Source: Verrucomicrobiota bacterium (GTDB lineage: Bacteria; Verrucomicrobiota; Verrucomicrobiia; Opitutales; Cerasicoccaceae). Taken from it: DNA of 13,732 nucleotides. Positions within the stretch are counted from its first letter, which is position 1. Each line of letters opens with the position of its first letter. Made by a program: the position numbers and the translations under genes. Under the pieces are notes generated by a model. It was not told the DNA's origin. It searched no databases and saw only the letters and a program-made list of their open reading frames with translations. The stretch is taken from the NCBI GenBank assembly GCA_039818205.1, contig JBCBUK010000033.1:1-13732 (forward strand), read 5' to 3'. Shown here piece after piece: positions 5,609 to 13,025 of this stretch.

Positions 5609-5917
5609 ATGAAAGTATCAGAATTAGCCGAAAAAGAAACCGCAGCAGTTAACGCGCTCAAGGCACTGCGCGAACACCTAATCAACGAGACGGGCGAGTC
5701 TTGGTTACGCCTTCGCGTGGAGGCAAACGGGTCTGGTGCAATCGAGTGGGGTCTGTACACGCCCCGTCTGGCTTGGCTCGACGCTGGGACACTACAGCAA
5801 GTTATTGATAAGGCATCCGGGAAGGGGCGCATCGATACTCTGCGTTTCGAGGCAGAACGTCGCGAACGTGCCGCAGCCGAGGCCAAGGCCGCTCTCGATG
5901 CCGCGTTGAATTCTTAA
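5609..5917 (+). CDS. Hypothetical phage protein, 102 aa
   Basis: GAGG SD-like sequence before ATG 5609, co-directional, C-terminal coiled coil. Confidence 0.75.
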   Translation: MKVSELAEKETAAVNALKALREHLINETGESWLRLRVEANGSGAIEWGLYTPRLAWLDAGTLQQVIDKASGKGRIDTLRFEAERRERAAAEAKAALDAALNS

Positions 5918-5928
5918 CCGAAGCAACA

Positions 5929-6765
5929 ATGAGCAACGCAGACATCGCGAACCTAGCGCCGGGCATCTACTACGATATGCCGTACTCGGACTATCACCAG
6001 ATAATCGCCTTTCGTAGCTCAGAATTGCGCGAAGCCGCCAAGAGCCTGCTGCACTACAAGCGCTACGTCGAACAACGCCGCGAGCCATCCTACGCGCTCG
6101 ATTTTGGTAAGGCCTTTCACGTCACCCTAGAGAAGAACCCAACGGAGATCATCAAGGCAGGGCCGACAAAGACCGCATACACTCAGAAATGGCTCAAGGC
6201 CATGGAAGCTGAGCCCGAAACCGTCTTTATCCAAGAATCAGACATTGAGATGGTTCGAGCGATGCAGCGCGGGGTCCTTGCCCATGAGGTGGGCAACAAC
6301 CTTTATCACGGGGCCGAGCACGACGAGGTGGTGATTGTCTGGGTATGCGCTGAAACGGGTGTTCGCCTGAAGTGCCGAATCGATGCGCTTACCTGTGAAA
6401 CTGCCGCAGTCGACTGGAAGACAACCGGAGCACTGAAGCTAAGAGCGCTCAAGTACGCGATCCGCGATTACGGCTACGACATTCAAATGGCCATGATTCG
6501 CGACGGTCTGCACGCGCACAAGCTCAGCCATCGCCGCGAGTTTTACAACTGCTTTGTCGAGAAGACTGAGCACTTGCCCGACGTGGCGGTTTATGAGTTT
6601 GAGATTGCCGAGCTGAACCAGGCGACGGCCCGTTACCGTCAAGCCATTCGTGACATTGAAGAGGCACGGCGCACCGATTATTGGCCGGGGATTTGCCCGT
6701 CGACATTCAAGTCAGAAGAATACGGCGAGGATTACGTTGCTGGCTTTGGAGAGGGGGCAGCATGA
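5929..6765 (+). CDS. PD-(D/E)XK exonuclease, RecE/exonuclease VIII C-terminal-like (DUF3799-type)
   Basis: PGIYYDMPYSDYH, ALDFGKAFH, EVVIVW, LKCRIDAL, VDWKTT, YGYDIQMA, FVEK motifs. Confidence 0.9.
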   Translation: MSNADIANLAPGIYYDMPYSDYHQIIAFRSSELREAAKSLLHYKRYVEQRREPSYALDFGKAFHVTLEKNPTEIIKAGPTKTAYTQKWLKAMEAEPETVFIQESDIEMVRAMQRGVLAHEVGNNLYHGAEHDEVVIVWVCAETGVRLKCRIDALTCETAAVDWKTTGALKLRALKYAIRDYGYDIQMAMIRDGLHAHKLSHRREFYNCFVEKTEHLPDVAVYEFEIAELNQATARYRQAIRDIEEARRTDYWPGICPSTFKSEEYGEDYVAGFGEGAA

Positions 6766-7184
6766 GCGAAGACACCGTCAGCGCAAATCACCCGCTACTT
6801 TACTCGGCGGATCTTGGCTATACCGGCCAGGGAAACGAGAAGCGGCACAAGGTCGCGATCGAGAAGATTACTCCGCCGGGAGTGATCAGCCGCGAGAATG
6901 GGCAAAAGACCGAGGGGCCAGTTGTGCACTTTGCCGGCAAGGAAAAAGCCCTTGAGCTTTGCAAGGCAAACCAAGTTTTTATGCGTCTTGCATGCGGTCT
7001 GAACGTGAACGCCAAACTTGAACAATGCATCGGCAAAGAGGTTGAGCTCCAAGTCCGTTTTATTGTCGGTATCGGCAACCAGGAAGGCCCAGCGATTCGC
7101 GTAATTGTGAAGAACGCCGGGCTGATCCCATTCAAGTATCAAAACGCAAAATGCATTGGGCGCGACAAGCCCAAGAACAGCTAA
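6762..7184 (+). CDS. Hypothetical beta-rich protein in the RecT position (possible ssDNA-binding/annealing partner), 140 aa
   Basis: ATGA-coupled to the nuclease with an SD-like GAGGGGG. Pattern LYSADL...VVHFAGKEKALELCKAN...IGKEVEL...AIRV recalled from phage proteins next to ExoVIII-like genes. Confidence 0.65.
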   Translation: MSEDTVSANHPLLYSADLGYTGQGNEKRHKVAIEKITPPGVISRENGQKTEGPVVHFAGKEKALELCKANQVFMRLACGLNVNAKLEQCIGKEVELQVRFIVGIGNQEGPAIRVIVKNAGLIPFKYQNAKCIGRDKPKNS

Positions 7185-7196
7185 CCAAGAGAACCA

Positions 7197-8018
7197 ATGA
7201 GCGACACACCGAGAACAGACGAGATTTTCAAAACCAAATGGGAGTGGATCGTGGTCAACTCCTCTGCTGGAAAGGATAGCCAAACGGCTTTGCGTACTGT
7301 CGTCGAAGAGTGCGACCAACAGGGCGTTTCACGCGACCGCATTGTGGTATCCCATCAGGACCTCGGGCACATGGAATGGGACGGCACGCGCGAGTTGGTG
7401 GAAAAGCAGGCCGCACATTATGGATTACGTGTCGAGGTATCTCGCTACCGCAATAAGGATGGCGATGAATTGAGTTTGCTGGACTATGTGCGCAAGCGCG
7501 GAAAATGGCCCGATAGCAAAAACCGCTTCTGCACCTCGGAATTTAAGCGCGGGCCAGGTGGGCGGGTTATCACAAAGTTATTTCGTGAGCGGCCTGGGCC
7601 TATTCTAAATGTTTACGGTTTTCGAGACGAAGAATCCACAGCCAGGGCCAAGAAGCAATCCTTTGTGCGCAATGGGAGATTTAGCACCAAGACTCGTGAA
7701 GTTTGGGACTGGCTACCGATTCGCAATTGGAGCGAAGGCGAGGTATGGCGGAGCATCAGAGAGTCAGGGGTGCCACACCATGAGGCATACGATTTGGGTA
7801 TGCCCAGGCTTTCTTGTTCCTTTTGCATCTTTGCCCCCAAGGCCGCGCTGATGATCGCGGGCCGTGCAAGGCCTGACCTGCTCAACGAATACTGCGACCT
7901 GGAAGAGGAAATCGGCCACACGTTTCAGAATGGCCGCTCGATCAGTGAAATCCGGGCAGCGATTCAGGCGGGTGAAATTATTGAATCAGAGGCGCTGCAT
8001 GGCGCCTGGAACATGTAA
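7197..8018 (+). CDS. Phosphoadenosine phosphosulfate (PAPS) reductase-family / DndC-like PP-loop protein
   Basis: PP-loop VVNSSAGKDS, RFCTSEFK, GFRDEESTARA, PIRNWS, RLSCSFCIF. Confidence 0.9.
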   Translation: MSDTPRTDEIFKTKWEWIVVNSSAGKDSQTALRTVVEECDQQGVSRDRIVVSHQDLGHMEWDGTRELVEKQAAHYGLRVEVSRYRNKDGDELSLLDYVRKRGKWPDSKNRFCTSEFKRGPGGRVITKLFRERPGPILNVYGFRDEESTARAKKQSFVRNGRFSTKTREVWDWLPIRNWSEGEVWRSIRESGVPHHEAYDLGMPRLSCSFCIFAPKAALMIAGRARPDLLNEYCDLEEEIGHTFQNGRSISEIRAAIQAGEIIESEALHGAWNM

Positions 8019-8044
8019 CCCCGCCCCGGCGAACGACCAATAGC

Positions 8045-8512
8045 ATGAGCCTACAAATCTTCATTCCCTGCGACCCACCCAAGGCCACTGCCCAACAGCA
8101 GAAGACAACCGTATTCGCGGGCAAAGTGCGTAAGTACGATCCCAAGAATGTTCGAGACGCGAAAGAATTCCTCGCGTCTGTCCTCGCTTCAAAGGCACCA
8201 GCGACACCATTCACCGGCCCGCTACGCTTCGTTCTGCTCTATCGCTATCCCTGGCGCAAGGCAGAGAAGAAAAGCGTCATGCAGAAGCATAGCAGCTACC
8301 CCTGCGACAAGCGACCCGACTTCGACAACATCGCCAAGGGACTCAATGACATTCTACAGCGTCTTCGCTACTTCGAGGATGACTCACAGATAGCCGATGG
8401 CCGCGTGATCAAGGAATGGGGCGACCAACCTGGAATTGGAATCACCATCGAGCCAATCGACACCGAGAACTACGAACCAGCCTGTGAAGGCCAGCAAGCA
8501 CTTTTCTCATGA
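8045..8512 (+). CDS. rusA: RusA-family Holliday junction resolvase
   Basis: KRPDFDNIAKGLNDIL...FEDDSQI catalytic motifs. Confidence 0.9.
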   Translation: MSLQIFIPCDPPKATAQQQKTTVFAGKVRKYDPKNVRDAKEFLASVLASKAPATPFTGPLRFVLLYRYPWRKAEKKSVMQKHSSYPCDKRPDFDNIAKGLNDILQRLRYFEDDSQIADGRVIKEWGDQPGIGITIEPIDTENYEPACEGQQALFS

Positions 8513-8691
8513 GCGCCTGGAGCAAGCCAGAGTATGCCGCCGCTTTCTGCCAAGGCTATGCCTGGTACTGGGACTGCGAAGACACCCGCTTTGACAGCCC
8601 ATACACCATCTCCCCATACCCACAATTTACCAATCGGCAGAAGGCCTACGTCATGGGCTGGAATGCCGCCAAACGAGAGGATTTGAAATGA
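8509..8691 (+). CDS. Small protein with Rmf/CrpP-like motif, 60 aa
   Basis: ATGA-coupled at both ends. AF.QGY...PY...R.KAY.MGW pattern. Confidence 0.65.
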   Translation: MSAWSKPEYAAAFCQGYAWYWDCEDTRFDSPYTISPYPQFTNRQKAYVMGWNAAKREDLK

Positions 8692-8996
8692 AGAATCTAG
8701 ACCTTATTGAGTTAGTAGTTGCGCAACACATGGACCTAGAGCTCGGCTTTATGGCTTGTAAGAAGCCGAAGGGGCCAAGTTCGGATGCCAGAACAATGGT
8801 ACTGGGTATAGCGCGACAGAATACTGATTGCACATGCCAGCAAATCGGCGACCATTTCGGACGCTGCAACAGCAATGTTTCTGTGGCCGCTAAACGCCAC
8901 CAAGATCTTTACGAAACAGAACTCCCATATCGGAGCAAGGTTGAGGCAATAAAAGATCAGCTTTTGAACGGCGTGCCGGTAGGAGGGCACCGGTAG
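8688..8996 (+). CDS. Stand-alone DnaA C-terminal (domain IV)-like HTH protein, 102 aa
   Basis: ARTMVLGIARQNTDCTCQQIGDHFGRCNSNVSVA parallels the DnaA domain IV pattern PRQ.AM.L..ELT..SL..IG..FG.RDHTTV.HA. Confidence 0.75.
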   Translation: MKNLDLIELVVAQHMDLELGFMACKKPKGPSSDARTMVLGIARQNTDCTCQQIGDHFGRCNSNVSVAAKRHQDLYETELPYRSKVEAIKDQLLNGVPVGGHR

Positions 8997-10558
8997 TGCG
9001 TCTATCAGCGGCAGATCTGTTTTGTGGTGCTGGTGGCACGTCTGGCGGGATGCTAGAAGCGCTTCAGCTACTTGGCTACCGTGTCGACCTCACGGCTATC
9101 AATCACTGGGATGTAGCGATCGCGACACACTCCGCGAACCACCCTGGCGCCCGACATCTTTGCACGTCATTGGACAACGTGAACCCTCGCGAACTGTTCA
9201 AAGAAGGGGGCTTAGATATTCTCTGGGCCTCCCCTGAATGCACCCACCACAGCCAAGCTAGAGGAGGGAAGCCGATCAGTGATCAAAGCCGGGCGACGGC
9301 ATGGTGCGTGACACGATGGGCCGAAGCACTACGTCCGAATGTTATTCTAGTAGAGAATGTACCAGAATTTCAAAGTTGGGGGCCAATTGGAACAAACGGA
9401 AGGCCACTGAAATCTCGTAAGGGAGAGGTCTTCGAGGCCTGGTGTTCTACTTTGCGGGCTTTGGGCTATCGAGTAGAACACCGCGTGCTCTGTTGCGCTG
9501 ACTATGGAGACCCAACGACTCGCCGTCGCCTGTTCGTTCAAGCAGTCCGCGGCCGGCGTAGAATCGTATGGCCTAACCCGACGCACGTGCCACAAGGCGA
9601 GACTGATTTACTTGGACAGCGTAGAGCGTGGGTGCCAGCCCGTGACATCATTAACTGGAACACGCCAAGCCAGAGCATTTTCGACCGCAAGCGTCCACTG
9701 AAGCCGAAGACACTCAAACGGGTCTGGACCGGGTTGCTCAAGTATGGCCTGAAGCCGTATCTTGTTACGCCAGGACACGGCGACCATGCAGACCGCGCCG
9801 ATCAGGACCGCAGCGCAAGCATTGATAATCCACTTGGCACCGTGCCAACATCAAACCGATTTGCGGCCGTCGAACCTTACCTCGTAGAGATGCGAGGCAC
9901 TTCGACGGCCAAGGATATCGATAAGCCTGTTGGTGCTCTGACAACTGGAAATCACCAGAACCTTGCTGAACCCTACTTGATCGGCATGGAGCACGGAGGA
10001 AGCGAACACACCAGCGACAAACCATTGCCGACGGTCACTTGCGCCAAAGGTGGAGCATTCGCCGCCGTAGAGCCTTATATCATCCCTCAACAGTCTGGAG
10101 GCGCGTCCGCCGACAGTATAGAGCGTCCGGTTCGTGCGATCACTTCTCGGGGCGCTGAGCAACTGGCTACGCCGTTCCTGGTCAAATACAACGGTACTGC
10201 GGATTCACGTCCAATTGTCGTGCCGCTCGATAGCGTCACCACTAAGGACCGGTTCGCACTGGTTGAGCCGATCCTGGCTGAGTGCGTTGAAAGCAAGCAG
10301 CTTCCCGTGATCAGCATCGAGGGCAAAATCTATCAGCTTGATATACGCCTCCGGATGCTACAACCGCGTGAACTAGCCCGGGCGCAAGGCTTTCCTGATC
10401 ACTACGAATTCACCGGCAACAAGACTGAGATAACCCGCCAAATCGGCAACGCCGTTCCATGGAAAACGGCCCGTGCCTTGGTCTTAGCCGTTGCTAGCCA
10501 GAACAACGAAATCGCAGGTCTATTGCCTGATGAATCTCAAGCGGAGGGGGCAGCATGA
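8996..10558 (+). CDS. DNA (cytosine-5)-methyltransferase, orphan, phage type
   Basis: Motif I DLFCGAGG, IV WASPECTHHS, VI LVENVPEF, VIII PTTRRRLF, IX RMLQPRELARAQGFP, X IGNAVP. GTG start overlaps the upstream TAG. Confidence 0.95.
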   Translation: MRLSAADLFCGAGGTSGGMLEALQLLGYRVDLTAINHWDVAIATHSANHPGARHLCTSLDNVNPRELFKEGGLDILWASPECTHHSQARGGKPISDQSRATAWCVTRWAEALRPNVILVENVPEFQSWGPIGTNGRPLKSRKGEVFEAWCSTLRALGYRVEHRVLCCADYGDPTTRRRLFVQAVRGRRRIVWPNPTHVPQGETDLLGQRRAWVPARDIINWNTPSQSIFDRKRPLKPKTLKRVWTGLLKYGLKPYLVTPGHGDHADRADQDRSASIDNPLGTVPTSNRFAAVEPYLVEMRGTSTAKDIDKPVGALTTGNHQNLAEPYLIGMEHGGSEHTSDKPLPTVTCAKGGAFAAVEPYIIPQQSGGASADSIERPVRAITSRGAEQLATPFLVKYNGTADSRPIVVPLDSVTTKDRFALVEPILAECVESKQLPVISIEGKIYQLDIRLRMLQPRELARAQGFPDHYEFTGNKTEITRQIGNAVPWKTARALVLAVASQNNEIAGLLPDESQAEGAA

Positions 10559-11409
10559 ATTGGCTTAACATAGAGACCAAGACACTACGCTCTGAGGAGT
10601 ATGTAAGCAGTGAACCAACCGAGAGAGCTGCATGGTTATCGCTGACGGGTTGGTGTGCTGAACAAGAGAATGGCGGAGTGATTAAGGACTGCCGAAACTG
10701 GAAAGACAGGAAGTGGCAACAGCTTTGCGGTGTCTTCAAAAATGAAGTCGATAGCGCCGAAAATCTACTGGTTTGGAAGGGGGATGATCTTTGCGTTTTA
10801 TTTTACCCGGTAGAGAAAGAAGCGGAAATAAGAGCTAAGCGAAAAGCCGGGAAAGTTGGCGGTAAGGCTAGCGGCAAGGCTAGACGTAATGCGGCTTCCG
10901 AAGCACAGCTTAAAGCAGAGCCTGAAGCACCCGGCGAAGCAGAGCTTCAAGCAGAACCCGAAAAGTGCTTGAACGGAAAGGAAGTAGAAGGGGAAAGGAA
11001 AGGAAAGGAAGAGAAGGGAAGTAGTACATTGGCTAACGCCAATGTGTCCAACGCTGAAGCGCCGGACCCGCCCGAAAGCGCCCCGAATTTCAAACTTGAA
11101 CCGGATCCACCAACCAAGGCCAAGGAGCCGAAAACTCCAGCACGCGAAATCGTCGAAGCCTACAACGAGATTCTCGGCCTATCGCTGCCAAAGGCACGAG
11201 CAAAAACCGATAGCAGGCAAGCAGCCATTCGGAGGTTGTGGAAATTCCTAGGCAACGACCTAGGGGAGGTGAGGGCCTACTTTCGAAAGGTCGCCGAAAG
11301 CGACTTCCTTTGTGGCCGTGGCCGCAAGCAGTGGAGGGGCTGCAACTTGGACTGGCTCTGCAAACAAGAACACATCGTAAAAATAATCGAAGGAAACTAT
11401 GACAACTGA
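10555..11409 (+). CDS. Phage replication initiator (lambda O-analogue / replisome-organiser-like)
   Basis: N-terminal helical domain, KRKAGKVGGKASGKARR linker, low-complexity repeat-encoded middle, C-terminal SDFLCGR...W...LDWL...KIIEGNYD motif typical of phage initiators. Confidence 0.75.
   Translation: MNWLNIETKTLRSEEYVSSEPTERAAWLSLTGWCAEQENGGVIKDCRNWKDRKWQQLCGVFKNEVDSAENLLVWKGDDLCVLFYPVEKEAEIRAKRKAGKVGGKASGKARRNAASEAQLKAEPEAPGEAELQAEPEKCLNGKEVEGERKGKEEKGSSTLANANVSNAEAPDPPESAPNFKLEPDPPTKAKEPKTPAREIVEAYNEILGLSLPKARAKTDSRQAAIRRLWKFLGNDLGEVRAYFRKVAESDFLCGRGRKQWRGCNLDWLCKQEHIVKIIEGNYDN
10900..11045 (+). repeat. Putative phage replication origin: five 12-bp iteron-like repeats, purine tract, perfect hairpin
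   Basis: GAAGCACAGCTT, AAAGCAGAGCCT, GAAGCACCCGGC, GAAGCAGAGCTT, CAAGCAGAACCC (10900-10959). Near-pure purine run 10975-11021. ACATTGGC-TAAC-GCCAATGT at 11026-11045. Confidence 0.65.
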
Positions 11410-11848
11410 GCGCAAAGAATGCCGGCATACTCCGCGTAAGCTATTGGTGCAGGACTACCTGCGGTCTTTCAAGCGGCGACGCGAAGCAGGGCGCTGTGGT
11501 GTGTGTGGTACAACATTCCCGGTTGCCTTCCGGCTCGGACGCATGGGAACCGAACTTGTAGACGTAGCCACCGGAAGCGATGAAGCAAAGCGACTGCAAG
11601 AGGCGATGGATTCTGAGGAGCAGCTTGAACGAGCCGTACAGGATGGCGTCATGCCATTCCCGATATGCTCATGCGAAGCCTATTACGGCAACGAGAGTGG
11701 ACACTTCGACGAGGTTCACGAATCGGCAATGCAGATTAAGCGTCAGCAAGAGGCCAAGGCCGAGGAAGACTACTGGGCTCGCAAACGAGAGCTGCTCCAG
11801 GATAGCGAGGAACAGCAAGGGCCGGGCAAGAAGGTCAACACCTGGTAG
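11399..11848 (+). CDS. Hypothetical protein with CxxC/CxC (possible Zn-binding), 149 aa
   Basis: Overlaps the initiator stop, has a GGAAA leader, and contains RCGVCG and ICSCE. Confidence 0.7.
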   Translation: MTTERKECRHTPRKLLVQDYLRSFKRRREAGRCGVCGTTFPVAFRLGRMGTELVDVATGSDEAKRLQEAMDSEEQLERAVQDGVMPFPICSCEAYYGNESGHFDEVHESAMQIKRQQEAKAEEDYWARKRELLQDSEEQQGPGKKVNTW

Positions 11849-11889
11849 CGCGACCAGACGCAGGCGGCACCGCTTAACATTTAACCAAC

Positions 11890-12726
11890 ATGAGCAGCAG
11901 CATACAAAAAGAAGTGAAGCGCCCACCATTACGCTATTTTGGCGGCAAGTTCCTGCTCGCTCCGTGGGTGCTAGAACACGTCCCAGAGCATCGAGGGTGG
12001 GTTGAGCCCTTCGGGGGCGGTGCTGGTGTCCTGTTGCGCAAGACTCGCGCTCATTCAGAGCTATACAACGACCTGGACGGCGAGATTGTAAACTTCTTCA
12101 AGCAGCTGCGTGATCGGGGGCAAGAATTTGTCCAATACCTCGAGCTGACACCGTTTTCGCGTGAGGCGTTCGAGGATTCGTATCGACTTCGAGACTCCGA
12201 AGACCCATTTGAACGTGCAGCAGCTCTGCTTATCCGTAATCAATTTGGGTTCGGGTCCAGTAGCCAAAGCCGAAAGCGTAAAACCGGGTTCCGGCACTCA
12301 GCCTACAACAACCGCCATTCATCGGCGCAAGACTGGCGGAACTTCCCGAAGCACATCCCCGCCATAGTCGACCGGCTGCGTGGCGTCGTGATCGAGAACC
12401 GAGACTATCGCGAGATTATCACCAAATGGGATTTGGAAGGTACCGTCATCTACTGCGATCCGCCTTACGTGCACGAGACCCGTAATAGCTCTGAGCGCTA
12501 TGCGTTCGAGTTTACCGACGCCGATCACCGCCAATTCAGGGAACTCCTTGAGGGCGTCAAAAATGCCTGGGTGATTATCAGCGGATACGACTGCCCGCTT
12601 TACCAGGAGCTGTTCGCCGACTGGCAATCTGTTAATCGAGTGCACCGAACTGACCGCGGAACCAAGCGCATAGAAACCCTTTGGCTGAGCCCGAACATGC
12701 CCCGGATCCAGCCCGAACTTTTTTAA
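11890..12726 (+). CDS. DNA adenine methyltransferase (Dam/D12 class, alpha-type), orphan
   Basis: PLRYFGGK, VEPFGGGAGV (motif I), YNDLDGEIVNFF, YCDPPY (motif IV), IISGYD, ETLWL. Confidence 0.95.
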   Translation: MSSSIQKEVKRPPLRYFGGKFLLAPWVLEHVPEHRGWVEPFGGGAGVLLRKTRAHSELYNDLDGEIVNFFKQLRDRGQEFVQYLELTPFSREAFEDSYRLRDSEDPFERAAALLIRNQFGFGSSSQSRKRKTGFRHSAYNNRHSSAQDWRNFPKHIPAIVDRLRGVVIENRDYREIITKWDLEGTVIYCDPPYVHETRNSSERYAFEFTDADHRQFRELLEGVKNAWVIISGYDCPLYQELFADWQSVNRVHRTDRGTKRIETLWLSPNMPRIQPELF

Positions 12727-12744
12727 CCAACAACCAAACCAACC

Positions 12745-13005
12745 ATGCACTCATTGAATATTAAGGTAGCTGACAGCGTAGACTCAGCGCCTAACTACAA
12801 CCAGGAAGGCAATTGGACAGCCGTCACATTGCACTCCTGTCTAGTCGTACCCAACGGCACCCAATTGGGCAAGCCAACGGTCGATTTGCAGCTAACCGAC
12901 AAACAGGGGAAAAAGTATGTGGCGATGATCACCGGCGATCTACTCATTCAGGCCGGCGCAGTGATCAAGGGGGTAGCAGATCGCCCAGATCCACAGAGCA
13001 ACTAA
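12745..13005 (+). CDS. Hypothetical phage protein, 86 aa
   Basis: AC-rich leader TAACCAACAACCAAACCAACC-ATG, beta-rich sequence, fills the gap between the MTase and J-domain genes. Confidence 0.75.
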   Translation: MHSLNIKVADSVDSAPNYNQEGNWTAVTLHSCLVVPNGTQLGKPTVDLQLTDKQGKKYVAMITGDLLIQAGAVIKGVADRPDPQSN

Positions 13006-13025
13006 CCAACACCGAGGAACGAATC

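Noticed and set aside
7197..8018. cysH sulfate-assimilation gene or a complete Dnd phosphorothioation system
   Set aside because: Phage early-operon context, no CC motif or C-terminal ECGLH-type motif, and no other cys/dnd genes in the window.
8996..12726. Restriction-modification system
   Set aside because: No cognate endonuclease. The nearby nucleases are RusA and an ExoVIII-like recombination enzyme.
12813..13025. Upstream extension of the J-domain ORF (likewise the track starts at 4424, 5582 and 6681)
   Set aside because: These overlap other genes or structured leaders. Downstream ATGs have RBS or coupling signals.
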